Positions 11,460 to 22,177 are shown, counted from the stretch's first letter. The stretch is DNA of 64,000 bases from Candidatus Cloacimonadota bacterium (GCA_963676615.1 OY781092.1:384001-448000), one strand, 5' to 3'. Translations and numbers: made by a program. Notes: generated by a model from the sequence alone, not told the origin.

Positions 11460-13025
11460 TTACTCCTTATTCATCAGTTTGTATTCCAGCGAGTCCACCA
11501 GCGCAATCCAGCTAGCTTGGATGATGTTGGTCGAAACGCCCACTGTCGTCCACGAACTGTGTTCATCGCCAGAGGTAATCAGCACGCGGACTTTGGCTTG
11601 GCTGCCCGCTTTTTGATTCAGCACTCGCACTTTATAATCCCGCAAATTCACTCTCTTCAGGCACGGATAAAACCCCTCCAGCGCCATACGCAGCGCCTTA
11701 TCCAAAGCGTTCACTGGTCCGCAACCTTCGGCGGCGGTGAACCCTGGCTTGCCGTTAACCCAAATTTTGATAATCGCCGAAGAAGTTTCGTCGTTGGAAA
11801 CCTGCTCGGCAGCAAAAATTTTGTAATGCCCCAAATCAAAAGACGGGGTAAACAGCCCCAAATGCCGCTTTATCAAAAGGGCAAAACTGGCTTCTGCGCC
11901 CTCGTAAACATAGCCCTGAAACTCCTTCTCCTTGAGAAATTGCACCAGCTCTTTCGCCTTTTCCGAGTCCAACTCCAGATTCGGCACAATCGTCAGCGCT
12001 TTTTCCAAAATCAAACTTTTTCCGCCAACTTCGCTCACCAAAAATCTGCGTTTTCCGCCGATAACCTCGGGGGAGAGATGCTCAAAACTTTGGGAAAACT
12101 TCCGCACACCGTCCACATGCATTCCGCCCTTGTGCGCAAAAGCGCTCTTGCCGACAAAAGGCGTGCGACTCCCGATTCTGATGTTGGCAATCTCAGCCAC
12201 CTGATTTGCGACGCCACTCAAGGCGCTCAAATTTTTTGCAGGAATGCATTTGGCTCCTTTTTTCAGCTGCATATTGGCGATAACCGAGATGAGATTTGCG
12301 TTGCCGCAGCGCTCGCCAAAACCCAGCAGCGTCCCTTGGATATGCGTGGCTCCAGCCAAAATTGCCGCAATGGAGTTGGCAACCGCCATATCGGAATCGT
12401 TGTGAGCGTGGATGCCGATTTTCGCACACTCGCCGAATTTCTCTGTAACTTTTTTGGTAATCTCTTGCACATCTTGCGGAAACTGTCCGCCGTTCGTCTC
12501 GCACAGGCACAACACATCCGCGCCGCCACGCACGGCAGCTTGCAGACACTGCATCGCATAATCGGGGTTGCTTTTGTAGCCGTCAAAAAAATGCTCTGCG
12601 TCAAAAATAACCTCCTTATTTTTGCCCTTCAGGTAGGAAATCGTCTGCTCAATCATCAAAAGATTTTCGGCAAGCTCGCAATTGATGATTTTTTCCACAT
12701 GAAAATCCCAGGTTTTGCCAAAAATTGAGACAACTTGGCAGCCCGACGCCAGTAGCGACTGGAGGTTTTGGTCGTCCTCCGCTTTGCTGAATTTGCGTCT
12801 GGTAGAGCCGAAAGCGACAATTTTGCTGCCGCCAGTGTCGATATTTTTTAGTTGTGAGAAAAAAAGCAAATCTTTGGGGTTCGAGCCTGGATTGCCCGCC
12901 TCGATGTAGCCGATGCCCAAATTGCTGAGCGCTTTGGTGATGGCGAGTTTGTCCTCCACGGAAAAAGAAATTCCTTCTGCCTGCGAGCCGTCCCGCAGGG
13001 TTGTATCCAAAATATCTAGCCGCAT
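11460..13025 (-). CDS. cimA: Citramalate synthase
   Basis: [43 protein letters not shown]; distinct from adjacent LeuA. Confidence 0.9.
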   Translation of the reverse strand: MRLDILDTTLRDGSQAEGISFSVEDKLAITKALSNLGIGYIEAGNPGSNPKDLLFFSQLKNIDTGGSKIVAFGSTRRKFSKAEDDQNLQSLLASGCQVVSIFGKTWDFHVEKIINCELAENLLMIEQTISYLKGKNKEVIFDAEHFFDGYKSNPDYAMQCLQAAVRGGADVLCLCETNGGQFPQDVQEITKKVTEKFGECAKIGIHAHNDSDMAVANSIAAILAGATHIQGTLLGFGERCGNANLISVIANMQLKKGAKCIPAKNLSALSGVANQVAEIANIRIGSRTPFVGKSAFAHKGGMHVDGVRKFSQSFEHLSPEVIGGKRRFLVSEVGGKSLILEKALTIVPNLELDSEKAKELVQFLKEKEFQGYVYEGAEASFALLIKRHLGLFTPSFDLGHYKIFAAEQVSNDETSSAIIKIWVNGKPGFTAAEGCGPVNALDKALRMALEGFYPCLKRVNLRDYKVRVLNQKAGSQAKVRVLITSGDEHSSWTTVGVSTNIIQASWIALVDSLEYKLMNKE

Positions 13026-14539
13026 AACAACTCGATTTTGTTCACGGCGTTGAGGAACGCCTTAATGCTGGACTCCACCACATCTGTGGCAAGCCCATAG
13101 CCGCTGGCGGACTTTTTGTTCTCCAGATTTTGCAGGGTGATGCTCACCTGCCCTTGGGCGTCTTCGCCGCTGCCGACAGCCTTAACGATGTAGCGCTCCA
13201 GCGTGTATTTTTGCGCGATAAGCTCTTCCATCGCCTTGAAAGCCGCATTGACCAAACCGTCGCCCTGACTCGTGCAAGAGAGACAGCCGTTTTTTTCGTC
13301 CAAAAGCGAAATGCTCACCGTTGGCGTGATGTTTTTGCCAGATTTAAAGGTAAAGTCTTCCAGCAAATAGCGGGGCTTTTGCGTGCTGCTGACCTTGTTT
13401 TGCGCCAAAGCTTCCAAATCCAAATCGGTAATCTCTTTCTTTTTATCCGCCAAATTTTTGAAATTGACAAAAAGTTCGCCCAGTTGCTGCGAGTCAAAAC
13501 TGTAGCCCAGCTCGCCTAGCTTTTGCTCAAAAGCGTGCTTGCCCGAATGCTTGCCCAAAACGAAAGCGTTCTGATGAACGCCCACCGACTGCGGCGTCAT
13601 TATCTCATAAGTCTCCTTGTTCGCCAGCACGCCGTGCTGATGGATGCCCGCCTCGTGCGCAAAAGCGTTCTGCCCGACAATCGCCTTGTTCGCCTGCACA
13701 AGACTGCCCGTAATCGAGCAAATCATATTGGAACTGTGCGAAATCTCTTGCGTGGTGATGTTCGTTTTTTTGCCGAAGTGATCGTGTCGGACAGCCAAAC
13801 TCATCACCACCTCTTCCAAAGCGGCGTTTCCAGCTCGCTCTCCGATGCCGTTAATCGTGCACTCCACCTGCTCTGCGCCCGCTCGCACAGCCGCAAGCGA
13901 GTTGGCTACCGCAAGCCCCAAATCGTTGTGACAATGCACAGAAATCGTCGCTTTGTCGATATTCGGCACATTTTCGCGCAAATACGAAATCAGCCGAAAA
14001 AACTCGTCAGGCGTCGTGTAGCCAACCGTGTCGGGAACATTGATAATCGTCGCTCCAGCGTCGATAACGGCGGTAAACACCTGCACCAAATAATCTCGAT
14101 CGCTGCGGGTGGCATCTTCGGCAGAAAATTCGATCTCGGGGCACAAAGATTTTCCGTATGCCACCATCTGCACAGCTCTCTGCAAAGCCTGCTGGCGGCT
14201 CATCTTCAGCTTATACTCAAGGTGAATATCGCTGGTGGCGATAAAAATGTGGATTCTGGGCTTTGGCGAATGTTGCACCGCCTGCCACGCGCGGTCGATA
14301 TCCTGTTTGCTGGCTCTGGCAAGCGAGGCAACCCCAGTTTTCGTAAGCGTTTTGGCAATTTGGGAAATCGACTCAAAATCTTCGTTCGACGAAATCGCAA
14401 AACCAGCCTCAATCACATCAACGCCGAGCTTCTCGAGCTGGAGCGCCATCTGCAGCTTCTCCTGCAAACTCATTGAACACCCCGGCGACTGCTCGCCGTC
14501 TCGCAGCGTCGTATCGAAAATTTTGATCGTCTTGGACAT
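13016..14539 (-). CDS. leuA: 2-isopropylmalate synthase
   Basis: [43 protein letters not shown]-terminal regulatory domain. Confidence 0.95.
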   Translation of the reverse strand: MSKTIKIFDTTLRDGEQSPGCSMSLQEKLQMALQLEKLGVDVIEAGFAISSNEDFESISQIAKTLTKTGVASLARASKQDIDRAWQAVQHSPKPRIHIFIATSDIHLEYKLKMSRQQALQRAVQMVAYGKSLCPEIEFSAEDATRSDRDYLVQVFTAVIDAGATIINVPDTVGYTTPDEFFRLISYLRENVPNIDKATISVHCHNDLGLAVANSLAAVRAGAEQVECTINGIGERAGNAALEEVVMSLAVRHDHFGKKTNITTQEISHSSNMICSITGSLVQANKAIVGQNAFAHEAGIHQHGVLANKETYEIMTPQSVGVHQNAFVLGKHSGKHAFEQKLGELGYSFDSQQLGELFVNFKNLADKKKEITDLDLEALAQNKVSSTQKPRYLLEDFTFKSGKNITPTVSISLLDEKNGCLSCTSQGDGLVNAAFKAMEELIAQKYTLERYIVKAVGSGEDAQGQVSITLQNLENKKSASGYGLATDVVESSIKAFLNAVNKIELLCG

Positions 14540-14570
14540 CGTCCCTCCTTACTTTTCCTCTAAAAAAAAA

Positions 14571-15578
<1,008 letters not shown>

Positions 15579-16079
15579 TTACAATAATTTACTCTCAATT
15601 GTTTTTTTCATAGCCGTTACGCCGGTTTGAATATACTCCAAAATTTCAAAATCTTTTAGCGCGTGCAAAAGATCGTCCACATTCTTTTCTCCGCCGACAA
15701 ACTCCAAAATCAGCGCGCCGTCTCCAAAATCGATGATTTTCGCGTTAAAATTCCGTGTCAGTCGCAAAATTTGGTTGGTATCTTCGAGTTTGTTCAGCCG
15801 CAGTTTAATCAGGCACAAATCTTGAATAACCGAATCTTCCCTCGTGTGGCAAGTCACCTGAATCACATCCAAAAGCTTGTTCAGCTGCCGAATAATCTGC
15901 TCCAGCATTTGCTTATCCTCGATTACCTCGATGGTCATCCGCGAGCGTTTGGGCTCTTCGGTGATGCCCACAGAAAGCGAGTGAATATTGTAGCCTCTTC
16001 TGGTAAAAAGCAGCGCGATTTTGCTCAGCACACCCGAATGATTTTTTACCAGTAACGATAGCACTCGTTTTTTTTGCAT
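15579..16079 (-). CDS. ilvN: Acetolactate synthase small (regulatory) subunit
   Basis: NHSGVLSKI...FTRRGYNIHSLSVG, QIIRQLNKLLDV; AAGGAG RBS. Confidence 0.92.
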   Translation of the reverse strand: MQKKRVLSLLVKNHSGVLSKIALLFTRRGYNIHSLSVGITEEPKRSRMTIEVIEDKQMLEQIIRQLNKLLDVIQVTCHTREDSVIQDLCLIKLRLNKLEDTNQILRLTRNFNAKIIDFGDGALILEFVGGEKNVDDLLHALKDFEILEYIQTGVTAMKKTIESKLL

Positions 16080-16128
16080 ATATTTCTCCTTAAAATTATA
16101 GAAAAAGTTTTGAAAGTTTTTGATTTAC

Positions 16129-16166
16129 GCTGCCTTTATAAAACCCCTTTTGGGCATAAAGACAGC
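16129..16166 (-). promoter_or_regulatory. Leader hairpin immediately after the leader-peptide stop codon
   Basis: Minus strand GCTGTCTTTAT-GCCCAAAAGGGGTTTT-ATAAAGGCAGC: 11-bp outer stem with one G-U, inner CCC/GGG; no U-tract follows. Confidence 0.7.
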
Positions 16167-16255
16167 TAAACGAGGACAATAATAATGCAAATGACAGAAA
16201 TCAAGCGTAGCACGACTCTGAGCGAGACAGAAGAAAGAAACAAATTCTTAAACAT
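16166..16255 (-). CDS. Putative ilv-leu operon leader peptide, 29 aa MFKNLFLSSVSLRVVLRLISVICIIIVLV
   Basis: Translated by hand; ATG 16255 with AAGGTG upstream, TAG 16168-16166; 17 of 29 codons are Leu/Ile/Val; lies directly upstream of ilvN. Confidence 0.8.
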   Translation of the reverse strand: MFKNLFLSSVSLRVVLRLISVICIIIVLV

Positions 16256-16319
16256 AAAACTACACCTTGATTATTAAATTCAATATCCGCTTTTAGAACA
16301 CGAATATTGTTTGAAAGAC

Positions 16320-16347
16320 AAACTTGTTTGGGGTGTGCTTTTGTCAA
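16320..16347 (-). promoter_or_regulatory. Candidate sigma70-type promoter for the ilv-leu leader
   Basis: Perfect TTGACA (16347-16342), 16 nt, AAGTTT; -10 is non-canonical. Confidence 0.45.
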
Positions 16348-16410
16348 AGAAAAAAACGCACTATTTTTTTTGGGAAATTCGTTATCTGATTGATAACAAA
16401 ATAGTTACGC

Positions 16411-16449
16411 AAAAAAATCGGAGCCTCACTTTCGCAAAGCTCCGATTTT
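16411..16449 (-). terminator. Intrinsic terminator after the HTH-EIIA gene
   Basis: AAAATCGGAGC/GCTCCGATTTT inverted repeat ending in a T7 run on the minus strand, 16 nt after the stop. Confidence 0.85.
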
Positions 16450-16465
16450 AGTTTGTTTTTTTTCT

Positions 16466-17134
16466 TTAGAAATCGAATTTCGGGTTGAGCAAAGTTTGAT
16501 AAACTTCCTCTGGGTCGCTGCTGGTCTTCAGCGTCCGCATATTTTCTTTGTTGAGCATCACTTTGTTCAGATACGAAAGCGAAAAAAGATGCTCCTTCTC
16601 GTTGCGCAAAAGCAGTAAAAACATCAGATGAACGGGCTTGTTGTCGATCGCTCCAAACTCAATGCCTTGCGGCGAGCGAGCCAGCAGGACACTGGGCGAG
16701 CTTATCTTCGTGGGATGCGGCGCTCTGGTGTGCAAAAATGCGATACCGTCGCCAACGGCTGTCGAAGCCATATTTTCGCGCGCCACAATCGTCTCGTTTA
16801 GCCAGCGATGATTTTGCACAATTTGGCAATCTTTGGCGAAGCTAGAAATCTTGGCGATAGCGTCAAACTTGTTGTCGGCGTCGAAATTCAGGTCGATATA
16901 CTCGGGCTTAATATAGTCCGAAAAGCGGCAAGTAATCCGCTGAATCGCCAGCTGATTTTGCCCCTCTTCCTCCAAATTCGAGATCCACTCATCAATTTTG
17001 TCTTTGTCCAGCTTCACGGTTTTGCCCGATTTCACCGTCTCAAAGCCGTGCACTTTAATCAGCTCGTTCAATATCGTCTCGTTGACCCTCAGATAAGCCA
17101 TACATTTTTTGAAAGTTATAAGATTTTTAGCCAT
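16466..17134 (-). CDS. PTS EIIA (Ntr/fructose-type) domain protein with N-terminal excisionase/MerR-like HTH
   Basis: N-term MAYLRVNETIL...KSGKTVKLDKDKIDEW; C-term ARENMASTAVGDGIAFLH, GIEFGAIDNKPVHLMF; ATG 17134 after GGAGG. Confidence 0.85.
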   Translation of the reverse strand: MAKNLITFKKCMAYLRVNETILNELIKVHGFETVKSGKTVKLDKDKIDEWISNLEEEGQNQLAIQRITCRFSDYIKPEYIDLNFDADNKFDAIAKISSFAKDCQIVQNHRWLNETIVARENMASTAVGDGIAFLHTRAPHPTKISSPSVLLARSPQGIEFGAIDNKPVHLMFLLLLRNEKEHLFSLSYLNKVMLNKENMRTLKTSSDPEEVYQTLLNPKFDF

Positions 17135-17148
17135 AATGCCTCCATAGT

Positions 17149-17820
17149 TTATATTTTTTTGTAGAGGAAAAAGTTGGGCGCAAACCCTTGTTTCAGCTTC
17201 AAATTTTCGAAATAGGTCGATTTGCGATTTTCCAACAATCTCGCTTGTTCTTCTTTTGGCAACTTCTCCAGCCTTTTTTCGCCCGAAAGTGCCTCGTGGA
17301 TTTGAGTTGCGTAATCTTTGTCGTCGGTGATGATTTGCAAAATTCCGCCTTTCTGCAACAATTCTGGCAGAAGCGCCACAAACTCCTGATTGATGAGTCG
17401 GTTTTTGTTGTGCCGTGCTTTCGGCCAAGGGTCTGGATAGTTGATATAAATTTTTGCAAAAGCTCCAGTTGGGAAAATTTTTATCGTCTGTTTGTCCAAA
17501 AAAAGCCGCAAAAGCCGCACATTCGCATTTTTTTCTAGGTCTAGTTTTTGAATAATGGACACGATTCGCTTCTGTTTTGCCTCTATTCCCAAAAAATTTA
17601 CTCGCTCTTCGACCAGCGATTTGTGGGCGATAAACTCGCCTTTGCCGCTGCCGATTTCCAGCTCTGTCGGGTTTTTGCTTTTGGCAAAAATCTCTTCTAG
17701 ATCCAAACGCACCTGCAGAAGTTCATCTTTTTCGCTTGGCAGTTGCAGAACAAATTTTTCCAGCTTCGCTTTGATGTCTTCTCTGGTGAGCAGATTTGTC
17801 CACCCTCTAGCCATCCACAT
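17149..17820 (-). CDS. trmB: tRNA (guanine-N7)-methyltransferase
   Basis: LEIGSGKGEF, NFLGIE, YPDPWPKARH, TDDKDY, STYFE; start may be ATG 17814. Confidence 0.9.
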   Translation of the reverse strand: MWMARGWTNLLTREDIKAKLEKFVLQLPSEKDELLQVRLDLEEIFAKSKNPTELEIGSGKGEFIAHKSLVEERVNFLGIEAKQKRIVSIIQKLDLEKNANVRLLRLFLDKQTIKIFPTGAFAKIYINYPDPWPKARHNKNRLINQEFVALLPELLQKGGILQIITDDKDYATQIHEALSGEKRLEKLPKEEQARLLENRKSTYFENLKLKQGFAPNFFLYKKI

Positions 17821-18889
17821 CTCCGCTGAGCAAAATCGAGACGGTGCGCATCGAGGGAATCTCTTTGATGATTAGGTTGATGCACGAAGTCAGCGGGATA
17901 GCCAAAACCATTCCCACAGCGCCCCAAACCCAAGCCCAGAAAATCAGCGAAAGCAGGATGAATAGCGGCGAGATGTTGAGCGTGTTGCCGATATATTTCG
18001 GCTCGATTAAGTTTCCAAAAGAAAATTGAGTGACGGCAAGAGCGATGGCGATGGCAAAAGGTTGCCAGCTAAGTCCATATTCCAAAAATCCGACAAGCAC
18101 AGGGAAAGCCGATGCGGTGATGGAGCCGAAGTTGGGGATGAAGTTGAAGAAGAACAGAAGCAGCCCGCTAAAGAGGACGAAGTCGATGCCGAAAAAGCCC
18201 ATAAACAGCATCCCCACGAGCGCTGTGCCCAGGGAGATGAGAGATTTTACGGCGAAATATTTGCCGATGGAGCTCTCGATTTCACGCAAAGAGCGGGTCA
18301 AGTTTGAGTTGCCATTTTTTTCTTTTTGAGCGATTTCCAAAGCTGCTACAAGGCGGTCTTTGCTCGCCATCAAAAACAGCATAAAGACCAAAGCAAGCAA
18401 AATTTTCACCAAAAAATCGACGAAAGTGCCCATCGTGGTTTTTAGGATTTTGGAGATGGAGAGCCTGTCCCACATACTCGCCCAGTCGATTTTGAAGATG
18501 TAATCTTTGAAGTTCTCTTTTAGGTTTGGCAGGTAAACTTTCACAAGGTCGATGGTGCTGTTGAACCGCTTGGAGAGAATCGCCTCAAATTTTGGGAATT
18601 CGCTGACAAAAGATTGCGAGCCGAGGAAAATCAGATAGCCAATCAGGTACATCACGCTGAACACGATAATCAGAACGATGAGCACCGCTAGAGAGTTTGG
18701 CACTTTTTTTCTGGTCAAAAAGCGGTGAAACGGGTCGAACAAAAATGTAAAAAAAACGGCAAACATCAGAGGAATAAAAAGGGATTGCATATTTTTGAGC
18801 GCCAAAACGACAATTGATGTGGAGATAAGTAGCAGGGAAAAACTGATGATTTTGATGGTCGTTTCGTGCTCTGTGTTAAAGTCGTTCAT
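17807..18889 (-). CDS. AI-2E family transporter
   Basis: FNFIPNFGS, GNLIEPKYIG...ISP, WVWGAVGMVLAIPLT; ATG 18889 overlaps the deoB stop. Confidence 0.88.
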   Translation of the reverse strand: MNDFNTEHETTIKIISFSLLLISTSIVVLALKNMQSLFIPLMFAVFFTFLFDPFHRFLTRKKVPNSLAVLIVLIIVFSVMYLIGYLIFLGSQSFVSEFPKFEAILSKRFNSTIDLVKVYLPNLKENFKDYIFKIDWASMWDRLSISKILKTTMGTFVDFLVKILLALVFMLFLMASKDRLVAALEIAQKEKNGNSNLTRSLREIESSIGKYFAVKSLISLGTALVGMLFMGFFGIDFVLFSGLLLFFFNFIPNFGSITASAFPVLVGFLEYGLSWQPFAIAIALAVTQFSFGNLIEPKYIGNTLNISPLFILLSLIFWAWVWGAVGMVLAIPLTSCINLIIKEIPSMRTVSILLSGDVDG

Positions 18890-20064
18890 CGAAAAATCTC
18901 CTTTAAAAAACTTTGTCCAATCAGGTCGGTTTGCAGCCCGAAATAGTCGGCGATTGTGGCTGCGATGTCGGCGAAGCTGTTCCTTTCGCCAAGATCTTGC
19001 GGCAAAATATTTGCGCCCAAAACCAGCAGTGGCGTGTATTCTCTGGTGTGGTCTGTCCCTGGAAAGGTCGGGTCGCAACCGTGATCTGCGGTGATGATTA
19101 AGATGTCATCTTTCTTTAGCGAATTTAAAATATCGGGCAGCTGGCTATCAAAATATTTGAGTCCATTTGCGAACTCGTTGGGCAGATTTCTGTGTCCCCA
19201 TTTGCTGTCGAAATCGACGAGATTTGTGAAGATAAGTCCTTCCTTATCAAAGTTTTGGATGTGCCAAATTGTGGAGGCGATTCCTGCTTGGTTGGTTTTG
19301 GTGTGGTCGATTTTGGTGACGCCTTGCCTGTTAAAAAGGTCTTCGATTTTGCCGATGCCCACAACCTGTTTTCCCGCTGCTTTCAGATAGTCCAAAAGAG
19401 TCTTGTCGGTCGGCGATATAGCGTAATCTTTGCGGTTTCCTGTGCGGTAGAAATCTTGCGAATTTTTGCCCAAAAACGGACGAGCGATAACGCGCCCGAT
19501 GCAGGTTTTTTCGTCAAAAACTTGCGTCCGTGCGATTTCGCACATTTTGTATAGCTCTTCGATGGGGTAAACCTCTTCGTGACAAGCGATTTGGAAGACG
19601 CTGTCTGCGGAGGTATAAACGATTGGCTTTTTTGTGTCGATGTGCTCCTGCCCATATTTGGCGATGGCGTCTGTGCCCGAAAATGGCTTGTTCAGCAGCA
19701 CGCCCGGCACTCCTGTCAGGCGGACAAATTTTTCGATAATTTCCTTGGAAAATCCGTCGGGGAAAAAGTCGAATTTCGCTTTTGGCAAAATTCCCGCGAT
19801 TTCCCAATGACCAGAGATGGAATCTTTTGAGCTGGACTTTTCGGCAAGTTTGCCTGTGGCAGCCAGCGGATCGTCGTTGGTGGCAACGCCCAAAATGGGG
19901 GTGATGTTGCCAAGTCCGACGCTTTGCAAGTTCGGCAAATCCAGTCCGCCGAGCTTTTTGGCAATGTTGGGAATGGTCGCAGCGCCCTCGTCTCCAAACT
20001 TTTTGGCATCGGGCAGATAGCCGACACCCACGCCGTCTAGCACGATAATTATCACTCGTTTCAT
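18886..20064 (-). CDS. deoB: Phosphopentomutase
   Basis: VLDGVGVG, SKDSISGHWE, YTSADSVFQIACHE, NLVDFDSKWGHR, TADHGCDP; ATG 20064 overlaps the pgsA stop. Confidence 0.95.
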   Translation of the reverse strand: MKRVIIIVLDGVGVGYLPDAKKFGDEGAATIPNIAKKLGGLDLPNLQSVGLGNITPILGVATNDDPLAATGKLAEKSSSKDSISGHWEIAGILPKAKFDFFPDGFSKEIIEKFVRLTGVPGVLLNKPFSGTDAIAKYGQEHIDTKKPIVYTSADSVFQIACHEEVYPIEELYKMCEIARTQVFDEKTCIGRVIARPFLGKNSQDFYRTGNRKDYAISPTDKTLLDYLKAAGKQVVGIGKIEDLFNRQGVTKIDHTKTNQAGIASTIWHIQNFDKEGLIFTNLVDFDSKWGHRNLPNEFANGLKYFDSQLPDILNSLKKDDILIITADHGCDPTFPGTDHTREYTPLLVLGANILPQDLGERNSFADIAATIADYFGLQTDLIGQSFLKEIFR

Positions 20065-20624
20065 TTTTTTTCTCCAAAAAAATAGGTCGCGCCCGAAGCG
20101 ATTGTTATCAGCACGGTTATCCAGATGCAGACAATGGTCAGGGTGTTCAGCGCAAAAGCGACCGAAGGCGACAGAGGCAGCCAAAATTTTGCTAAGTAAA
20201 AGACGAAAGCGGCGATAACCACACCGATTTGCGTGCCGGTCTTCAGCTTGCCCCAATAGTTAGCGGCGATGTAGATATTTTTTTTGATGTAATAGCTGCG
20301 CAAAAGCGTCACCACCAGCTCGCGCGCCAAAATTATCACCAATGGCCAGATGCAGATTATTTTTATGGGAGAGACCGCCAGCAGGTAAAAAGCCACGCCG
20401 ATAAGCGCTTTGTCGGCGATTGGGTCCATTATTTTGCCAAAATTGGAGATGTTGTATTTGCGGGCAAATTTGCCGTCGTAATAGTCGGTAATCGCGGCGA
20501 CGATAAAGACGATAAGCCCATAGAAAACGCCCCACGGCTGCTGCAAACGCACGCAACACCACCAGAGAAACGGTACCATCAAAATGCGCGAAATCGTTAA
20601 GATGTTTGGCAAGATTTTTTTCAT
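20061..20624 (-). CDS. pgsA: CDP-diacylglycerol--glycerol-3-phosphate 3-phosphatidyltransferase
   Basis: PNILTISR, TDYYDGKFAR, FGKIMDPIADK, GKLKT. Confidence 0.9.
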   Translation of the reverse strand: MKKILPNILTISRILMVPFLWWCCVRLQQPWGVFYGLIVFIVAAITDYYDGKFARKYNISNFGKIMDPIADKALIGVAFYLLAVSPIKIICIWPLVIILARELVVTLLRSYYIKKNIYIAANYWGKLKTGTQIGVVIAAFVFYLAKFWLPLSPSVAFALNTLTIVCIWITVLITIASGATYFFGEKK

Positions 20625-21526
20625 CGGGTGAGCTTTCTAAAATTGATGTGGATTAGCAGTGATGAGAGCAGGATTGACGCCAGCTCGAACAAAGGCAACT
20701 GGGCAAAAATCTTGATGATGGAGCAGTAGCTGAGGTTGACCTTGAATAGCAGGTTGTATTTGCTGATCAGGGCAAAAAAAACGAGATTGAAAAGCACAGG
20801 CAAACACAGGAAAAGCAGCGAACTCAGGCGCAATCTTGCCCTGCGATGCGAACTTTTTATCCCTAGTTTCTTGTAAATTTCCCACGCGCGATGATTATAC
20901 CAAATCGTCGATTTCCGCAGCGAAAAAAGCAGCACTATCATAAAAAACGCCAAAAAAATGTTGGCGAGCCAATAGATTTTTTCTAGCAGCATTTTTTCGT
21001 CTAGCTTTTGCTTAATCTCGGCAAGTGGACCTTTGACGAGCGTGCTGGTCTGATATTTTTGAAAAACATCATACTGCGCCTGAAAAATCTTCGCCGTCAG
21101 CGTCTGTCCGCTGTTTTGAATGGTGAGAATATTCGGCATTTTGCCCAAATTTTCGTTGAGCAGATAGTTCTCGCTGAGGTTATATTTCGTCAGCAAATTT
21201 TGGGTAAGTTTGGCGTTCGAGGAGATGCTCAGCTGATTGTAAAGCGGCTCAATCTCTTTATCGGCGATGTAGGTCAGCTCTTTTGAAAGGTAAGCAAATT
21301 TTTGCAACTTCGACGGCGCTTTTTTTTGCCTGCTGACATCCAGCTCCAAAAGCTCAGATTTTATCAGCTTCAGGGTGTTGATGTTCATCGAGAGCACCTT
21401 TATCTTGAACTGCGAAATCTGCTGGAAATTTTGCTCTAACACCATGCAAAATAGGAAGTTAAAGCCTGTCCAAAAAACGATGTAAGACAAAACAATCAAA
21501 GAATGTTTAAAATTATTGTGCTTCAA
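20621..21526 (-). CDS. Membrane protein with FtsX-like topology (divergent)
   Basis: One N-terminal TM, ~150-aa soluble domain, three C-terminal hydrophobic segments; WEIYKKLG resembles the FtsX EIxxMxxxG coupling helix; follows an ABC ATPase. Confidence 0.5.
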   Translation of the reverse strand: MKHNNFKHSLIVLSYIVFWTGFNFLFCMVLEQNFQQISQFKIKVLSMNINTLKLIKSELLELDVSRQKKAPSKLQKFAYLSKELTYIADKEIEPLYNQLSISSNAKLTQNLLTKYNLSENYLLNENLGKMPNILTIQNSGQTLTAKIFQAQYDVFQKYQTSTLVKGPLAEIKQKLDEKMLLEKIYWLANIFLAFFMIVLLFSLRKSTIWYNHRAWEIYKKLGIKSSHRRARLRLSSLLFLCLPVLFNLVFFALISKYNLLFKVNLSYCSIIKIFAQLPLFELASILLSSLLIHINFRKLTR

Positions 21527-22129
21527 TTTGCGCTCCTTCTTGGTGTAATTTGCCAGCTTTTATGACGAAATTTCGTTTGAAATTGGAAATTTTGTCGGTC
21601 GCGCTGGCGATAATCGTCGCGCCTTCTTGGGCGGCTAGCGACAAGATGCTGATAGCTTTGAGGATGTTAATCTCGTCGAAAAATTTGTCCAAATCGTCCA
21701 CCAAAATCAAAAACGGGTTGATCGCCGTTGCCCTGATTAGCTCGACCAGCTTTTTGTCGGAGTTGCACAAAAGCATCGCTTTGCTAGGCAACTGGTTGCC
21801 AAGTCCGACTCTCTCTGCCAAAGTTTTGAGCAAGTTTTTTTTGGCAGCCGTTGGTCTGGCGATGCCCACGCAAAGGTTTTCCCAGACCGTTTTTTCGGCG
21901 AACAAATTGTCCTGCGAGTCGATTAAAACAGAGCGGACTCGCTTGTCTTTTTTCTCTCTTTTTGGATTTCCAAATAGTTGCCAGCGTGCAACTGGCGCAA
22001 AAAAACGCTCTTGCCCGTGTTGTTCAGCCCCAGAACGAGGTTCATCTTCTCTTTTTCCAGCGAAAGATTGGGGATAGTCAAAACCGTTTGGCTTTTCTTT
22101 TTTAGCTCGAATTCTTTTATTTTAATCAT
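21513..22129 (-). CDS. FtsE-like ABC ATPase split across two frames (-1 shift near 21947-21953); degenerate motifs
   Basis: Frame 1 has Walker A GLNNTGKS then stops at 21925-21923; the -1 frame continues VLIDSQDNLFAEKTVWENL...LILVDD; joined product about 205 aa. Confidence 0.65.
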
Positions 22130-22177
22130 ATTTAACTCTTTTTTGGACTCTTTGTTTCGTCAATAATTTTTTGTTTT

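Noticed and set aside
16080..16410. T-box riboswitch or classical U-tailed attenuator for the ilv-leu operon
   Set aside because: No T-box consensus (AAGGTGGxACC-like) seen, and the hairpin after the leader has no U-tract
17135..17428. Long N-terminal extensions in the ORF track (also leuD, AI-2E, deoB, cdd, U32, valS)
   Set aside because: Most overlap the upstream gene; internal starts match family N-termini and usually have an RBS or stop/start overlap
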